DNA of 64,000 nt from Paraspadella gotoi (lineage: Eukaryota; Animalia; Chaetognatha), in contig CM119268.1 in NCBI GenBank assembly GCA_051294375.1, positions 14,808,636 to 14,872,635 of the forward strand, given 5' to 3'. Below, piece by piece: positions 48,871-61,073 of this stretch (positions are counted from its first letter, which is position 1; each line of letters opens with the position of its first letter). Below the pieces are notes generated by a model that did no database searches, was not told where the DNA came from, and was given only the letters and a program-made list of their open reading frames with translations. The translations under genes were made by a program, and so were the position numbers.

Positions 48871-49240
48871 TGAGAGAGAGAAGAGAGAGACGAGAGAGAG
48901 AGAGAGAGACGGGGGTAGTNNNNNNNNNNNNNNNNNNNNNNNNNGACGGGTAGTGGCCGAGAGCCCACCGGTTTCCACGGTTTACGATCGCGAATCGAGT
49001 TAACTCTACAGTCCACACCTCTAGCTTTTCTCTCTTCTCTCCTTTCCTCTCGGAATTCTCCAACACCAGCACGCGCCTTACGCATCAATTACCCAGTCAC
49101 GACGCATCCATTATCACTCCACGACGCATCAATTATCACTCCACGACGCATCAACCATCGCGAGTCGCCGCATCAATAATCAGATCTCTCTCCCAAGAGA
49201 GAAGGGGGCGAGATATGGAGTGCGGGAGGGAGAGATGACC

Positions 49241-49296
<56 letters not shown>

Positions 49297-51011
49297 AAGA
49301 GAGAGAGGCGGACGTCTACGGCGGCGTCAAAAAAGCAAAGATAAACCATCCATCACGTTAAAATGATGCGAGAAGAGATCTTCTCCAGGGGCGGGCGTAG
49401 CGTGGGGATGGAGGAGGAAAGGTATTGGGTGTGGTGGTCGGAAGATTTCTTTGGAGGGGTCGGTGGGCGTGAAAATGGTTTTTCGGTGGTGAGGTTTCAA
49501 AATCGAGATAGTTTGATTAGGGCTAAAACAGAAAGAAAACACATGAAAGGGGATTAGGGAAATGGAACATGGTGTTAGTAGTTAGCTGTAATAAAAATAA
49601 TAGAAAATGTTCAAATATGAAAACTAGGTTATAAATCGCTCCAAGAGTGTCTTCTTAAGCGTCTTTGCTGTGAAATGGTTTTCTGAAATGAAGTTCTCTG
49701 ATGAAGATTTAAAGAGCAAGACCCATTAAGTAGTCGCGGAGAAAATGGCGAGAAGAAATGGAGGAAAGGAGAGAAGAAAAGGTGTGACTTTCAGTGGCAA
49801 GGAAAGAGTAATAGGAGTGAAAAGGAGTGAAAAAAAGAGCATCATTGACTCGGCTGTGAGTGATAAGGACGAACAAGTCGAAGGCCAAAAGGTTGGTAAT
49901 GTAAGAGGTGAAAAGAAAAGAGCACTATTTTGCGAAAGCACCCCGTTTCTATTCCTTATCCCTGACATTAATTTTAACACTAATATCTAATCTTAATTTT
50001 TTTCCAAAAGACTTAATCTGATCCCTAATCCCCAATAAATCTTTATTCCTAATCCCTAAACTAATCCTAACCTATCCCCTGATCTAATCTTTAAAACTAA
50101 AAACAAACTTAATTGTAAATTTAAGCTAAAATGGTGCGCTTTCAGAAAAAAAGTGCCGAAAGGGGCAGAGAGCTAATGCGACGGAAGTGGGGTGAAAAAA
50201 AAATGGTAAGGAGTGGATTCGTCTCAGATAAAAAATCCCCGAGCGAATGTTGCGCATTTGTCTCGTCGTCTCGGGATGATTTAATGGTTTCGTGGAGGCA
50301 GAAGGAAAAGTCGCCTGATAAAACGGAAAAAGCAATCGGGATGAATAATAAATGAAAAGTAAATACATTGATTAATGAATGAAGGGAACCAACAATTGTC
50401 GACAAAAACCGTGTATATGACTTAATTTGGTTGAAAATGTTTCGTTTTGACTGGTTAAAAACTTAATTTTCACCTCTTAAGCAGATGTCAAATAAAAAAC
50501 GGTTGTTAATTGCCCAGCGAACAATCCCTAACGATGCGCCGGAATGTCTGCGAGGGTAATTCGATTATATGAGCCTTCAAAAATTCGTTCTTTCATTTTT
50601 AAACCAATAGTGACAAAAATATGGCTCTTTTCAAAAACGAATAGAAAAACCGTAAAATGCAAAAAAATAGAAAAGAAATTAAATATAACACTAATTTAAC
50701 AATTTAAATAAGAGTGACACATTTTTATGGAAAATCAAAAAAAAACCATCGAGGATTTCGTTCAAATATATTTTTAAAATAATTTCTCCATATAATTATA
50801 AAGTTTACTGCCTTTTTCAAAGCTGTACTATTTTTGACTGTAAAATGTACGCGAATAATCGAATATAAATCACTGAACAAATCCTCGTTCGGATGTTCCG
50901 TCGGCCCGTTTTCACATTCATCAAACTTTACCCATAAACAAGCCCCGCTTAGCCGACTTGATAGATAGCGCGAACAGGAGTCGCGGGTTCGGAATCCGCG
51001 GCATCGGACAT
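44571..51011 (-). CDS. 12-exon protein-coding gene B, product not recognised (roughly 900-1000 aa)
   Basis: Approximate exons: 51011-50851 (MSDAADSE..GACLWVKFDECENGPTEHPNEDLFSDLYSIIR), 50574-50474 (AHIIELPSQTFRRIVRDCS), ~50420-50125, 49961-~49627, 49522-49347, ~49005-gap (ELTRFAIVNRGNRWALGHYP), ~48736-48326, 48268-47546 (RIKEITWAYAYV...LGNRWTSCDLGL..IYLFRPVDNVPFRYLSAMFSAVIWRPSMSEL.PFWNKLTRRGRIAENLCAIQSQTKCIASSGLVNNVT), 47376-47273 (TLWAPDGCTSP..KVRKGFLER), 47205-47100 (CSFY.FSEDTCVRG.PGYPPFVTTDKLEG.TEKSL), 46983-46385 (Pro/Asp/Gln-rich), and a last exon GPKRLLEHKISPRRRHFGEVANFTGAKSPWE* (stop 44571-44573 in copy 2). GT-AG sites and intron phases are mostly consistent; several indels must be corrected. 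Confidence 0.78.
49078..49178 (+). repeat. Short ~22-bp minisatellite (ACGACGCATCAATTATCACTCC), intronic in gene B
   Basis: ACGCATC(A/C)ATTA recurs about 4 times at ~22-bp spacing. Confidence 0.7.
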
Positions 51012-51549
51012 GATTTTAAAGTCGGCGCGCCGATAAAGTGAAATAATGAGATCCTGTGAGATTCCGTGGATTCTCGCTCCAAAGGAGTTGAGATTCTCGG
51101 TCGATCGCGGGAACCAAAGCCGTCGACGTCGTCGTCGTTTCTCTCCGTTTCGTCGTCGTCGTCGTCGTCGTCTTTCTACTTTCGGATTTCTTCTCAACGC
51201 GACAGGTTCTTTTTTTTTTCAAGTTTCAAGCATTAATTTTTTTTAGTCTCTCGCTCGCGACTCCGACGACATCGCTCCATTTATTATTACTCTTAATTTT
51301 TTTCGATCATCTTTTTATTTATCACTTTTTTCTCTTTTTTTCTCCGTCACTTTCTCTCTTTCCCTTTAATTACTTTCGGAGTAATTTTAGCGTAATTTAT
51401 ACTCGGAGGTGAAAAAATGGAAATAAATAAAAACCCAAATTGAAACGTCGATTCTTCGGTTCCCCCTTTTTTTTTTCTTTCGTTTCTCAACGATTTAGGT
51501 TAACTTGACGCGAATTCAATACGAATTTTCTTGCAAATATTTACTTTTG

Positions 51550-53300
51550 AAATTCGTGCAAACATTTACTAAACGCGTTTCAAACACTGGGAAGACTGGG
51601 AACCCGCGAACAACCTACGAGACGCCCCAACTATTGACGAAATTTCACCCAAAATAAACGTCGAAAAAATCGTTATCAGATTCGATGTAGGAGACGGAAT
51701 TTTTATGATTTAACAGTAGAGTTCTTTTTTTTTTCATTAAACTCAAACCTCTATGTTTATAACGAACGAAAATACTTACCTTGCGAACAATTCGACTCAT
51801 TCATACGAAGGCTCAAAGGCTCAAAGGATCAATCTGTTTACGTCCCACATCCAGATTCTTTACTGTTTTAAACTTAAATAACGATTCTGGTCTTTCTTCA
51901 ATATTTTATTTTCTCGTATGAAACAATTTAATCGATCTCGTTAAACCGGAATTTTACTGTACGTTTAAACCGAGGGCGCCGCGATGGTCGGGACCAAAAA
52001 ATCGAATAAAAAATGCAAACAAAAAAACACCAGCCCCTTTTACCAACAAATCACCGCTTATCAGCGTCCAATGACCGGCATTCAAACAAACTTTTGAAGT
52101 GAATGAATATCTGAGGAAGGGGAGAGAGAGAGAGAGAGAGAGAGAGACCGTTACGTCGATTTCGCGACCATTTTTCGTTTTCGTCTTCGTCGTTTTCGTC
52201 ATCATTTTCGTCGATGACGTCGTAGGCGTCATCATAGTTAAAACTCTTTGGGTCCTGTTCAATGTCGACCTTGCTCTACCCGTTGTTGTTTTTTTCGATA
52301 CACGAATGATCATTAATGCAAATCTGTAATTTGTTTTATATTTGCGTATTTTCACGCAACACCGTTTTTTGAAGCTCATCAATTGGTGGTCCGCCTGTAG
52401 TGGAAATGAAATGCTATCAAAGGTGATTATTACCCAGCCAAGCGTCACTAGTCACGTGAGCTTTAAAGTATTTTAGTCACGTGATCATCACAACCACGTG
52501 ACCGACTATCCCACGTGACCCGCCATCCTCTCGGTCTTTCACGGACGCAAATGTCCTCCGATTAGCGGTCGTTCTTCGAGGGGCGGAGCTCAAGGACTTA
52601 ACGCTACTTAAGGGTGGCGATCATCGGTTGTAGTCAACCGTCGTCGTCGTCCGCGTCGTCGTTTCGGTTTCGTCGTAAATGACGTAGTTTGTTTTCGTCG
52701 TTCGTCTTTTTTTTTAGCTCTCTCTCATCTCTCTCTCTCTCTCTTCTCGTCTCTCTCTCTCTCCTCTTCCTCTCTCTCTCTCTCTTCTTCTCTCTCCTCT
52801 CTCTCTCTCTCTCTCTCTGCCAAGTTCATTGTCCCAGGCGTCGTCGTCCCCATCGTCGGAACTCATAAACGTTGGACGTTGACGTCTGGGATGAAAACGA
52901 GGCTGACGCGAGAAGGTGTTTTTGTATCATGTTCATATACAACTTTAAAAAAAAAACTTTGTAAAGACTTTAATTGTATGCTGGCCATCGTTGTTGTCGT
53001 CTTGTCGTCGTCGTCATCGTCGTCGTTTAGTTCTACTCTATCATCGTAACCACTTCCTTTGGACGCGCCGTCGTCGTCGTCGTCGTTGTCGTCGTTTTTC
53101 ACGCTGCTTTTCACCCGCGCGTTTAAATCGCGCGCCCTTCGTGATTCGCAGTCTTCGTTGCGAACGAGATACGAACGAAGACGCGAATCAGTCGCGAGTC
53201 GGTGCGAACAAGACTGCGAACGAATGAAAAAGAGAAAATAAATATGCGAATAAGCCGTGAATGATATATAAGAGCAAATACTCGCGTATTAATCCTACGG
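51550..53300 (-). CDS. Candidate gene C: acidic low-complexity protein, possibly single-pass membrane
   Basis: A hydrophobic N-terminal stretch is followed by an open frame SQSCSHRLATDSRLRSYLVRNEDCESRRARDLNARVKSSVKNDDNDD... (~53225-52865). Further exons are ~52520-52605, 52155-52447 (GGPPIDELQKTVLRE...FNYDDAYDVIDENDDENDEDENEKWSRNR), ~51960-52110 (hydrophobic, strong CCTCAG acceptor) and 51780-51862 (AG|GTAAGT donor). It contains in-frame stops and indels. Confidence 0.5.
52450..52592. promoter_or_regulatory. Cluster of four CACGTG E-boxes plus a GC box
   Basis: CACGTG at 52453, 52478, 52495 and 52512 (all CACGTGA, two GTCACGTGA), and GGGGCGGAG at ~52580. Confidence 0.4.
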
Positions 53301-53834
53301 ATCAACTTCAAAGGAAAACTGCGACGGGAAAAATACGACGACGCTGCAAGGAGCGAACAAAAGAAATCAATTAGTAATGAGTTGATGACGAGAGAACAAG
53401 ACTTGCGAACGGGAAAGCGAACGATCGCCCAGACGCGATGTCCCGCGGTTCGACGAAAATGCAAACGATTTTCAAACTGACGTCCACCTCGACTTTTTTT
53501 TCCCCTTCGACGGGCGGCGACTTCTCCCGAGGATCGACGACTTTTTTTTTTCAATCTTTTTCGTTATTTTAAAGTATTTTTTTCTTTCTTTTTTGGGGGC
53601 GTCAACGATTTTTGGGACGGGGCGTTATTTTGATAGACTCACGGGCATCATACTTCTTTTCTTTGATTCGTACTACGTCTCGTTTCATTCTTTCTTTTTC
53701 TTTTCTTTGTTCGTTTCTTCTTCTCATAGTTTTTTCTTGTATTTCTTTCTTTCTTTCTTGTCTGACCTTCTTTTTCCCACTTTCCTTCCGTTTCTTTATC
53801 ACCCTTTTTAATCCTACAAGGCTGAATTTCTCAA

Positions 53835-53885
<51 letters not shown>

Positions 53886-54252
53886 TTCTCATTAAAGTTG
53901 ACTCTATCTCTCTCCTCTCTCAAGATTTCTCCTCCTATCTTTGCCGCAAGAGGAGTTTGAGAGGCTGTCCTCGCAGAGATAAAGAGACAGGAAACATTTC
54001 TTATTTTCTACTTAGAAAAAAGGAAGAAAAAAGAAAATTTTAAATCATTCTTTAAAAAAGGGAAAAAAGGGAATCCTTTGGAAAAGCAAAAATATATCCT
54101 TCCAAACAGATCCTTGAAATTTAAAAAGAAAACTGAGGGGTTTAAAATAATGTTGGGCAAAAAAATTTGCACTTTTATTTGCTGTTGCCAGGTTGGGGAA
54201 AGGAAAAAAGTTGAGGAGTGAGCATTCCCCCTCTCTCTCTCTTTTGGCAGAG

Positions 54253-54307
<55 letters not shown>

Positions 54308-54934
54308 GATCTATCAATCCTAATCGTCAAAGTCCGCGCAATAAAGTTCGCCCGAAGAAAAGATCAGGAGTCAAAGATTAAAAAAATACCAAAAACTAAT
54401 TCTAAAAAGGAAAATATTTTTCCCCCGGGCGCCAAAACCTTTTTTTTTGGTTTCTTTTTTTTTTTCACGCAAATTTCTCTTTGCTTTTTTCTTATCCTTC
54501 GTCTGCGTAACTCAGTTGGTTTTTCGCTCTGTTTACGTTTTTTATTAGTGGTTCAACGCCCCCCCCCCGGGGGGAAATGAAAAAAAAACATATTTGCTCC
54601 GCGCATTTGTGATACTTAAAAACGATTTAGCCTTCGAGTCTTTAGGTTCGACTTTCGTCCCACATATTTTCGCGTAATATTTGATTCGGTTAATACGTTG
54701 CTTATGCTTATCGTGGAATAAACAATAAATATCTCAAAAAAATATTTTTGCGTGAAATCTATTTTTGGCCTTTTTTCGCTTTTTCCCTGTGAGTATAATC
54801 ATTTAAAAAAATGTAACATATAAGTTGCTTGATGCTGTTACTGTCATTCGTTTCGAAAAGTATAAATTATTAAGTTGTAACTGGATTTCTACGATCAACG
54901 CCCCAAAGCTACAGAGATGAAGAAAAAAAGAAAA

Positions 54935-54935
54935 A

Positions 54936-55027
<92 letters not shown>
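54935..55027 (+). repeat. (GAAA)n microsatellite
   Basis: Perfect tetramer run. Confidence 0.95.
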
Positions 55028-55028
<1 letters not shown>

Positions 55029-55989
55029 GGGACCAAATAAACAAACAAATTACCCCCAAAAAAAACAAAGAAAAGACAATAATGTAGTTTGTGTAATTAA
55101 TGACTAACGACCAAAACAAAAATTTCAACAAAGACTAAAAACAAACCAAAAAACCAACAACCGGAGCAAAAGTTAAAAAAGGAAAACAAAGCCGTCTGAA
55201 ATTTTTTTTTTTTTAAATTTTGAAATGACGTTCATCAGAGTCTAAACCAATCAGAGGCAATCAAAAACTAACGAAGGCTAATTAACCCTTAAAACCGATT
55301 GCCGTAGAGTCGCGAGGCAGACAACAAAGGGATCAAAAAAACATCTCTCTCTCTCTCTCTCTCTCCCTCTCTCGTCTCTCTCTCTCTCCTACTCTCTCTC
55401 TCCCTTTCCGTGATTGGCATCGATGGAATCCTTTTTTGAAATATCGTCTCTCTTTTTTTTTTTATTCGCGGGAAAATATCGATTGTCGACATTTTTTTAA
55501 AAATTTTAATACTTTTTTCCCTTCTTTTCGATATTTCACTTATTAGCTCTTTCGTCACGAATCACAACGGAAACCGATGGGGGAAAAAAATCCAATTACG
55601 AGAGAATTTCTGGAATTGGTCTCGATTGGGAAAAACTAGTACGCCCGAAAAATAAATGTCCGAGGGTTACTTTTTTAAGTTAGACAAAATCCAAGATATA
55701 GTCTCGCAGATACAATAAAAAATAAAAGGTATTCCTGGGTGGCCCGGTTGGGTCGTTTGGTCGATTTTTTCCCCTCTTATCGCGACTAAATCCAAGATTC
55801 CACGGCCTTTCTTTTCTCCATCGTCCAAAAAAGTATCGGATGAAAAGGGATTAAATCCCCAGATAAAACTTAAAAGCCTAACCCCTTCTACGTGTTTAAA
55901 AGAAAAAAACTATAAAACCAGAATAAAAAACTCGTAAAAAAAATGGATGTAAAAAGAATTAAGGGTAAAAAATGAATTAAGCCTCAAAC

Positions 55990-56350
55990 GCTAATCCGCC
56001 AGCGTCGTTTTTCTTAATGCGATTAAGAGTCTTCTTCTTTTTTTTTTTGTCGCCCTAACCTTCTTGACTGCAGCCACTGGCACCACCACCACCACAGCCG
56101 CCACCACCGCTTCCGTGACCGTCTCTAACATCAAGACCACCGCTGTCACAACCAGATGTTCTTTCGTCGTCAATGCGCTATCATTGTCACCGCAGCCCGA
56201 AATCACCGGCACCGCCTGCCAAAAACCGCCTGCCCCCGGATTCCGTCTCGATCGCGCAGCAGCCGAATCCGAAATCGTCTCTTCCGCCGCCGCCGCCGCC
56301 GCCACCGCCGCCGCCACCGCCGCCCCCGCCGCCGCCGCCACCGCGAAGGC
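55990..56350. repeat. (GCC)n/(ACC)n GC-rich trinucleotide region, possibly an Ala/Gly-rich minus-strand exon
   Basis: Open in several frames because of low complexity. The minus frame reads AAAAAEETISDSAAARSRRNPGAGGFWQ, with a possible GAAG|gttagg donor near 56059. Confidence 0.4.
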
Positions 56351-56411
56351 ATAAAGGGAACGCCGAACTATTTACGACCTCAAATTCCCCGTCAGCGATT
56401 TGGACCAGAAA

Positions 56412-56525
56412 AAATTTGACGCGATTCCTGACGCAAAAATTTTTGAGGTCGATTTGTGACGCGGATTAGTGGAACGATTTGTGACGCGGACTGAATGACG
56501 GTTTTTGTGACGCGGATGAGCGACG
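56412..56525 (+). repeat. Short minisatellite with core TTTGTGACGCGGA
   Basis: The core occurs at ~56453, 56478 and 56504, with a degenerate copy at ~56415. Confidence 0.7.
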
Positions 56526-59500
56526 ATAATTGTTAAATTAAGACGGGATGAATTCAATCATTGATCGTGAGAATTCACATCTTCGCGTGATTTCTGTGAC
56601 GGGAGAGAGGTGAGAACAGATGAGGATATTTGTGATTTCAAATCCACTTTATGTTGCACAATTCCAAGAATTTGATTTGTGACCACCTAAAACATAATTA
56701 GCTAATTTTCTTTGGAGATAAATAACGTTAAATTATTCTCATTTAAAAAACGGTATATTATTTTATAATCCAATTATCATTAGTAAGGAAATTTGAAAAA
56801 AAAAACTTTTTTCTGTTTCACCACTTCGACACTCCTGCGTTGTATATTCGGGCGATAAAATCGGAATATAACGACTTATTTTTGTTTTCAAATTAAACTT
56901 ACAAGACAAGCACCAAGCATTTTTCGTGTTCATCGGAGATTATTTTTTTCTTCGCTCAAGAAATTTCGATGTCATATTTTCTCGCGCGTCGTAAACTTAT
57001 TGAGGCCGATATTTTCTTTCCCTCAGAAACGTCGCACGTTATCTTCGTCAATTAGGCCAAAGACAACTCGCTGTACTTTTCAAAAAATAAAAAGTCTCTT
57101 CCTTCTTATTTTCCTCTTTTGTTCGAAACAAAGAGCCTTCCCTGTATTCGTCAAAATTGAGCCTAAGAATTAATTATTAGCGGTCCGTTAGATAAGGAGG
57201 AGCCCTCATTCCCTTCGAGGATTCCTCAGCTAAAGACGAATAATTTTAAAATCTTTTTTTCCCCCATTTTATATTATTTTCATTCTGAGCCTTTTTTTTT
57301 GCTCAAAAACTATTTAAAATTTAATATATTTCTACGAGTATTATTCATGAACCTTCCCGAAAAAAAAGATATTTTTTCTCGAATCTCGGAATGCGACCCG
57401 CGTGAAAAAGAAATAAATTAAGGGGACCGTTTAAAAAACGAATGGGTACATTTTTCTCTCCGCCGCCGCCGCGTTGGATGGCATTAATTGAGCTATTTAA
57501 AAAAATTAGGCAAAAGAGCTGAGAGGAAGAAGAATGAAGAAAAGAAAGAAAAAAAAACTCGATGGCTCAATCGAGTCAATCAACGGGAAAAAAAAAGAGA
57601 AACGATTAACTGGAAATTATTGGCGGCGCGGTTTCGTTTACGGCTCGATCGTCCACGGCTGGCTCGCCCTTTTTCTTAAGGGGGCGTCCGGCTTTTTCTC
57701 TAATTTTCAGGCTATTTCCCTTTTTTTATTATGAATTAATTTTACGGGGGAAATACCTTAATTTTTATTATTGGTCATTAATTTGGATCGTGCTCGCTTA
57801 ACCGGTTGTGGAATTCCAAATTTTCCTTCGGCGGAAAATGTATTTTTCTGCGTCGTGATACGAAAAAATGTAGACTAGATTCTGAATTAGGTTTCGACTG
57901 AGCTTGATCTTTTTCCCGCTTTTCTCTCTTTCCAAATACATGCATTTTTTAATATTAGGTAACTCCCCTTTTCTTGTCCAAATACTTATTAATTCTGCCC
58001 TATTTATATTTTGAGGCGCGACGAATCCATAATCCTTATTCCCCTCCTTTTTGGCGACTCATCCTGTGGTAAACCCTACACGAGTTAAGACGCGACCACC
58101 CTGCTAATCCGTTGCGCGGTTGAGATTAAAGTCTAAGATGCTCTGTCGGTCTGTCGGTCTTTCGGTCTGTCGGCCTTTCCGACGGAAACCAGCTCAGCGT
58201 TTAAATCGTCGTTTGTACCGCATCACGTGATGTCCTTCACTTTTGCCTCCATTGGGGTGAAGACTGAATAGTGAGCTTTCAAAGGGTGTGAGAGGGAAAA
58301 GTGTAATTTGAAGATTTTCTCGGAAAATTGGTCGGCACCGGATTAATAATCCTTCAACCCAACCCCACTCCACGGTCCCGTCGGCCACCTTATCATACCC
58401 TAGCTCTCTAGAGGACCATCGTTTTAGGCCGTCGTCGTCGTCATCGTCGTCGCCGTCGTCTTAATAAGCGGCATGGCTGACCCCAAGGGCAAGACTTTTA
58501 TCCTTCCACATCTTTGACCTCAAGTATAACGAGATTGCCCCTTCCTTTTGTTTTCTTAGTCAATATATTCTCTTTCAGTTCCCCTTGCTTTTTCTATTGT
58601 TATTTTTCAGTTTCTTCTAATTCAATTCGAACTTAAGAGGTATATTTATCGATTTTTGGNNNNNNNNNNNNNNNNNNNNNNNNNNNNNNNNNNNNNNNNN
58701 NNNNNNNNNNNNNNNNNNNNNNNNNNNNNNNNNNNNNNNNNNNNNNNNNNNNNNNNNNNNNNNNNNNNNNNNNNNNNNNNNNNNNNNNNNNNNNNNNNNN
58801 NNNNNNNNNNNNNNNNNNNNNNNNNNNNNNNNNNNNNNNNNNNNNNNNNNNNNNNNNNNNNNNNNNNNNNNNNNNNNNNNNNNNNNNNNNNNNNNNNNNN
58901 NNNNNNNNNNNNNNNNNNNNNNNNNNNNNNNNNNNNNNNNNNNNNNNNNNNNNNNNNNNNNNNNNNNNNNNNNNNNNNNNNNNNNNNNNNNNNNNNNNNN
59001 NNNNNNNGACCCGCCGCTCCATCAATCCATCAATCGCCCCATGGATGCATCGCTCCCTCGATGCTTCACTCCTCCAATGCATCGCTCCAGGGAAACGCTC
59101 TCTATCTCTCTCTGGTTTGTTTTGGCCGTCCTTTTTTTAAATCTTTTGATATCCTTCCCTCTTTCCATCTAGATTCCTCCTCCCATTGTAAACTCCGGTT
59201 TACTCCCATTTCTAATCAAACTTTTATCCCTTCGTCCGTCAGTCTCTCCGTCTCTCTCCATCAATCCGTCCATCTTCCGCGCCACTAGTTTTACAGCCTT
59301 TTCTCTCTCTCTCTCTATCTCGGTTAAATACTTTCAAGTCGCGTCTTCATTTACATATCCTCGCGTATTTTTTTATTTTGCCTCCGGTTCTCTTCTTATT
59401 CATTTATCATTCGCCTAACGGAGAATGAAGCTCGAAGCTTTGATGAACTCGCTCCGTTCGAATCGCGGGCGTGTCTTTTCTATTTACCGCCCTCGTTACT

Positions 59501-59749
59501 CGCGTATCCCATAGGGGGCGAGGGGCATCGGTAGGAGACGTCAAGGGTTTAGTTACGGGCGCGGGGTGACCGAGGTTCTTTCTGTCTTGATCTCAATTGG
59601 GATAAGAAGCAAAAAAGATAATACAAAATGAACGCCATATTTTTTTTCCAAAAGCGCCCCATCCTTACGCTAAGAGTTGGGAATGAAGCAAGGGTTTACG
59701 CTTTAGGGTTAGGCATTGTTTAGGGATTAGTTGGAGTGTTAGGGTAAGG

Positions 59750-60036
59750 GAATTGGAATTCCAAATGGGGCGCGTTTGAAAAAAATTTCCACAAGGCTCC
59801 GGTTTTTGATCAAGTTTGAAATCAACGAGAATTCTATATCTTTGTCAGTTCGAGTTTTTTTCCATTTATCGACTCCCAGAATTTGAACCCGGTGCGTTTT
59901 CGTCTTTCTCGCGCTGCTGCGAGGTGGAAGAGGCAATGAACCCATGATACCCACCAAGAAAAGTAAAGGAAAGATGGATTTCGCAATTTTGCGTGTTTGC
60001 GTGTCGCAGGAGAAAGCGAGTAGAGAGAGAGAAGAG

Positions 60037-60114
<78 letters not shown>

Positions 60115-60212
60115 GGTTTTGTTTCCACTACGTCTCTATTTTCTGAAAATTCCCTTGATCCGTCGTTAATCCTGGTTGCTCCGTCCATCAAAGCGTTTCT
60201 TCCTGGGACCAG

Positions 60213-60249
<37 letters not shown>

Positions 60250-61031
60250 CTCTCCTCATCCGTCTCCTCATCTCTCCTTCTCTCTCTCCCTCTCTCATCT
60301 CTCTTGTCTGCTCTCTCTCTCTCTCTCTCTCCCTTAAATAAAAACGAATTTGCATACACATTTTATACGGAAAAGTAAGGACCGGAAATCCCTCTTTTCG
60401 TATTTTTAAACAGTTATTTCGTCTCATAAAACAGATAAGACAACTTCATAAAACGGAAGCATCAACTGATTTTTGCCGTCAAGATAAGTAACAAAGAGCG
60501 GAGGGGCCCGGTCGGCGGCGGCGGCAGAGGCGATTGAAAGCGGTGGCGGCGTCCAGAAGCGTCGGTGGCAGTGCAGTGCGGCAAACGAAAGCCAAAAGGC
60601 AAATGAAAATGAATCGAACCGTGGGTGGCGGAGAGGACGTGCGAATAACCAGCATCAGTTTGTGATTCCTGGTGAACCTTAGTTGTGACATCTTTGTCTA
60701 CACGGGTGTCGAATTCTCCAAAAAAAACCAAATCTCAAAAACGAAAATGAGCGGGGATCTTCTCGAATTTTTAAATGTTGAAAAAATCCTAATTACGGTT
60801 TCGCGACGTTTTGACGTTTTCACTGTTACTCTCCCGTCGGGAGCCAGTCCGTTAATTTTTTATTTCTTGATTTTTTTTTTGTATAATATCATTTCAATAT
60901 TTTTAAAACATTTTTTGGCCCTGCAGTTGCTCTCTTTTTTTCAGATAAATATTTCAAAGCGTGACGCTTATGGAGAGAGTAATAAGCTGAAAAAATTTTA
61001 TCAATAATTAAGTACTACGGGATGGAGGAAA

Positions 61032-61073
<42 letters not shown>

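Noticed and set aside
51585-51690. Chromodomain-like WEPANNLRDAP on the plus strand
   Set aside because: It is too short, lacks the upstream aromatic-cage residues, and nearby splice signals point to the minus strand.
25398-58470. Stop-codon reassignment suggested by in-frame TAA/TAG/TGA in exon-like frames
   Set aside because: All three stop types appear, frameshifts are at least as common, duplicate copies differ by many indels, and gene B ends in a normal TAA. Consensus error explains the pattern.
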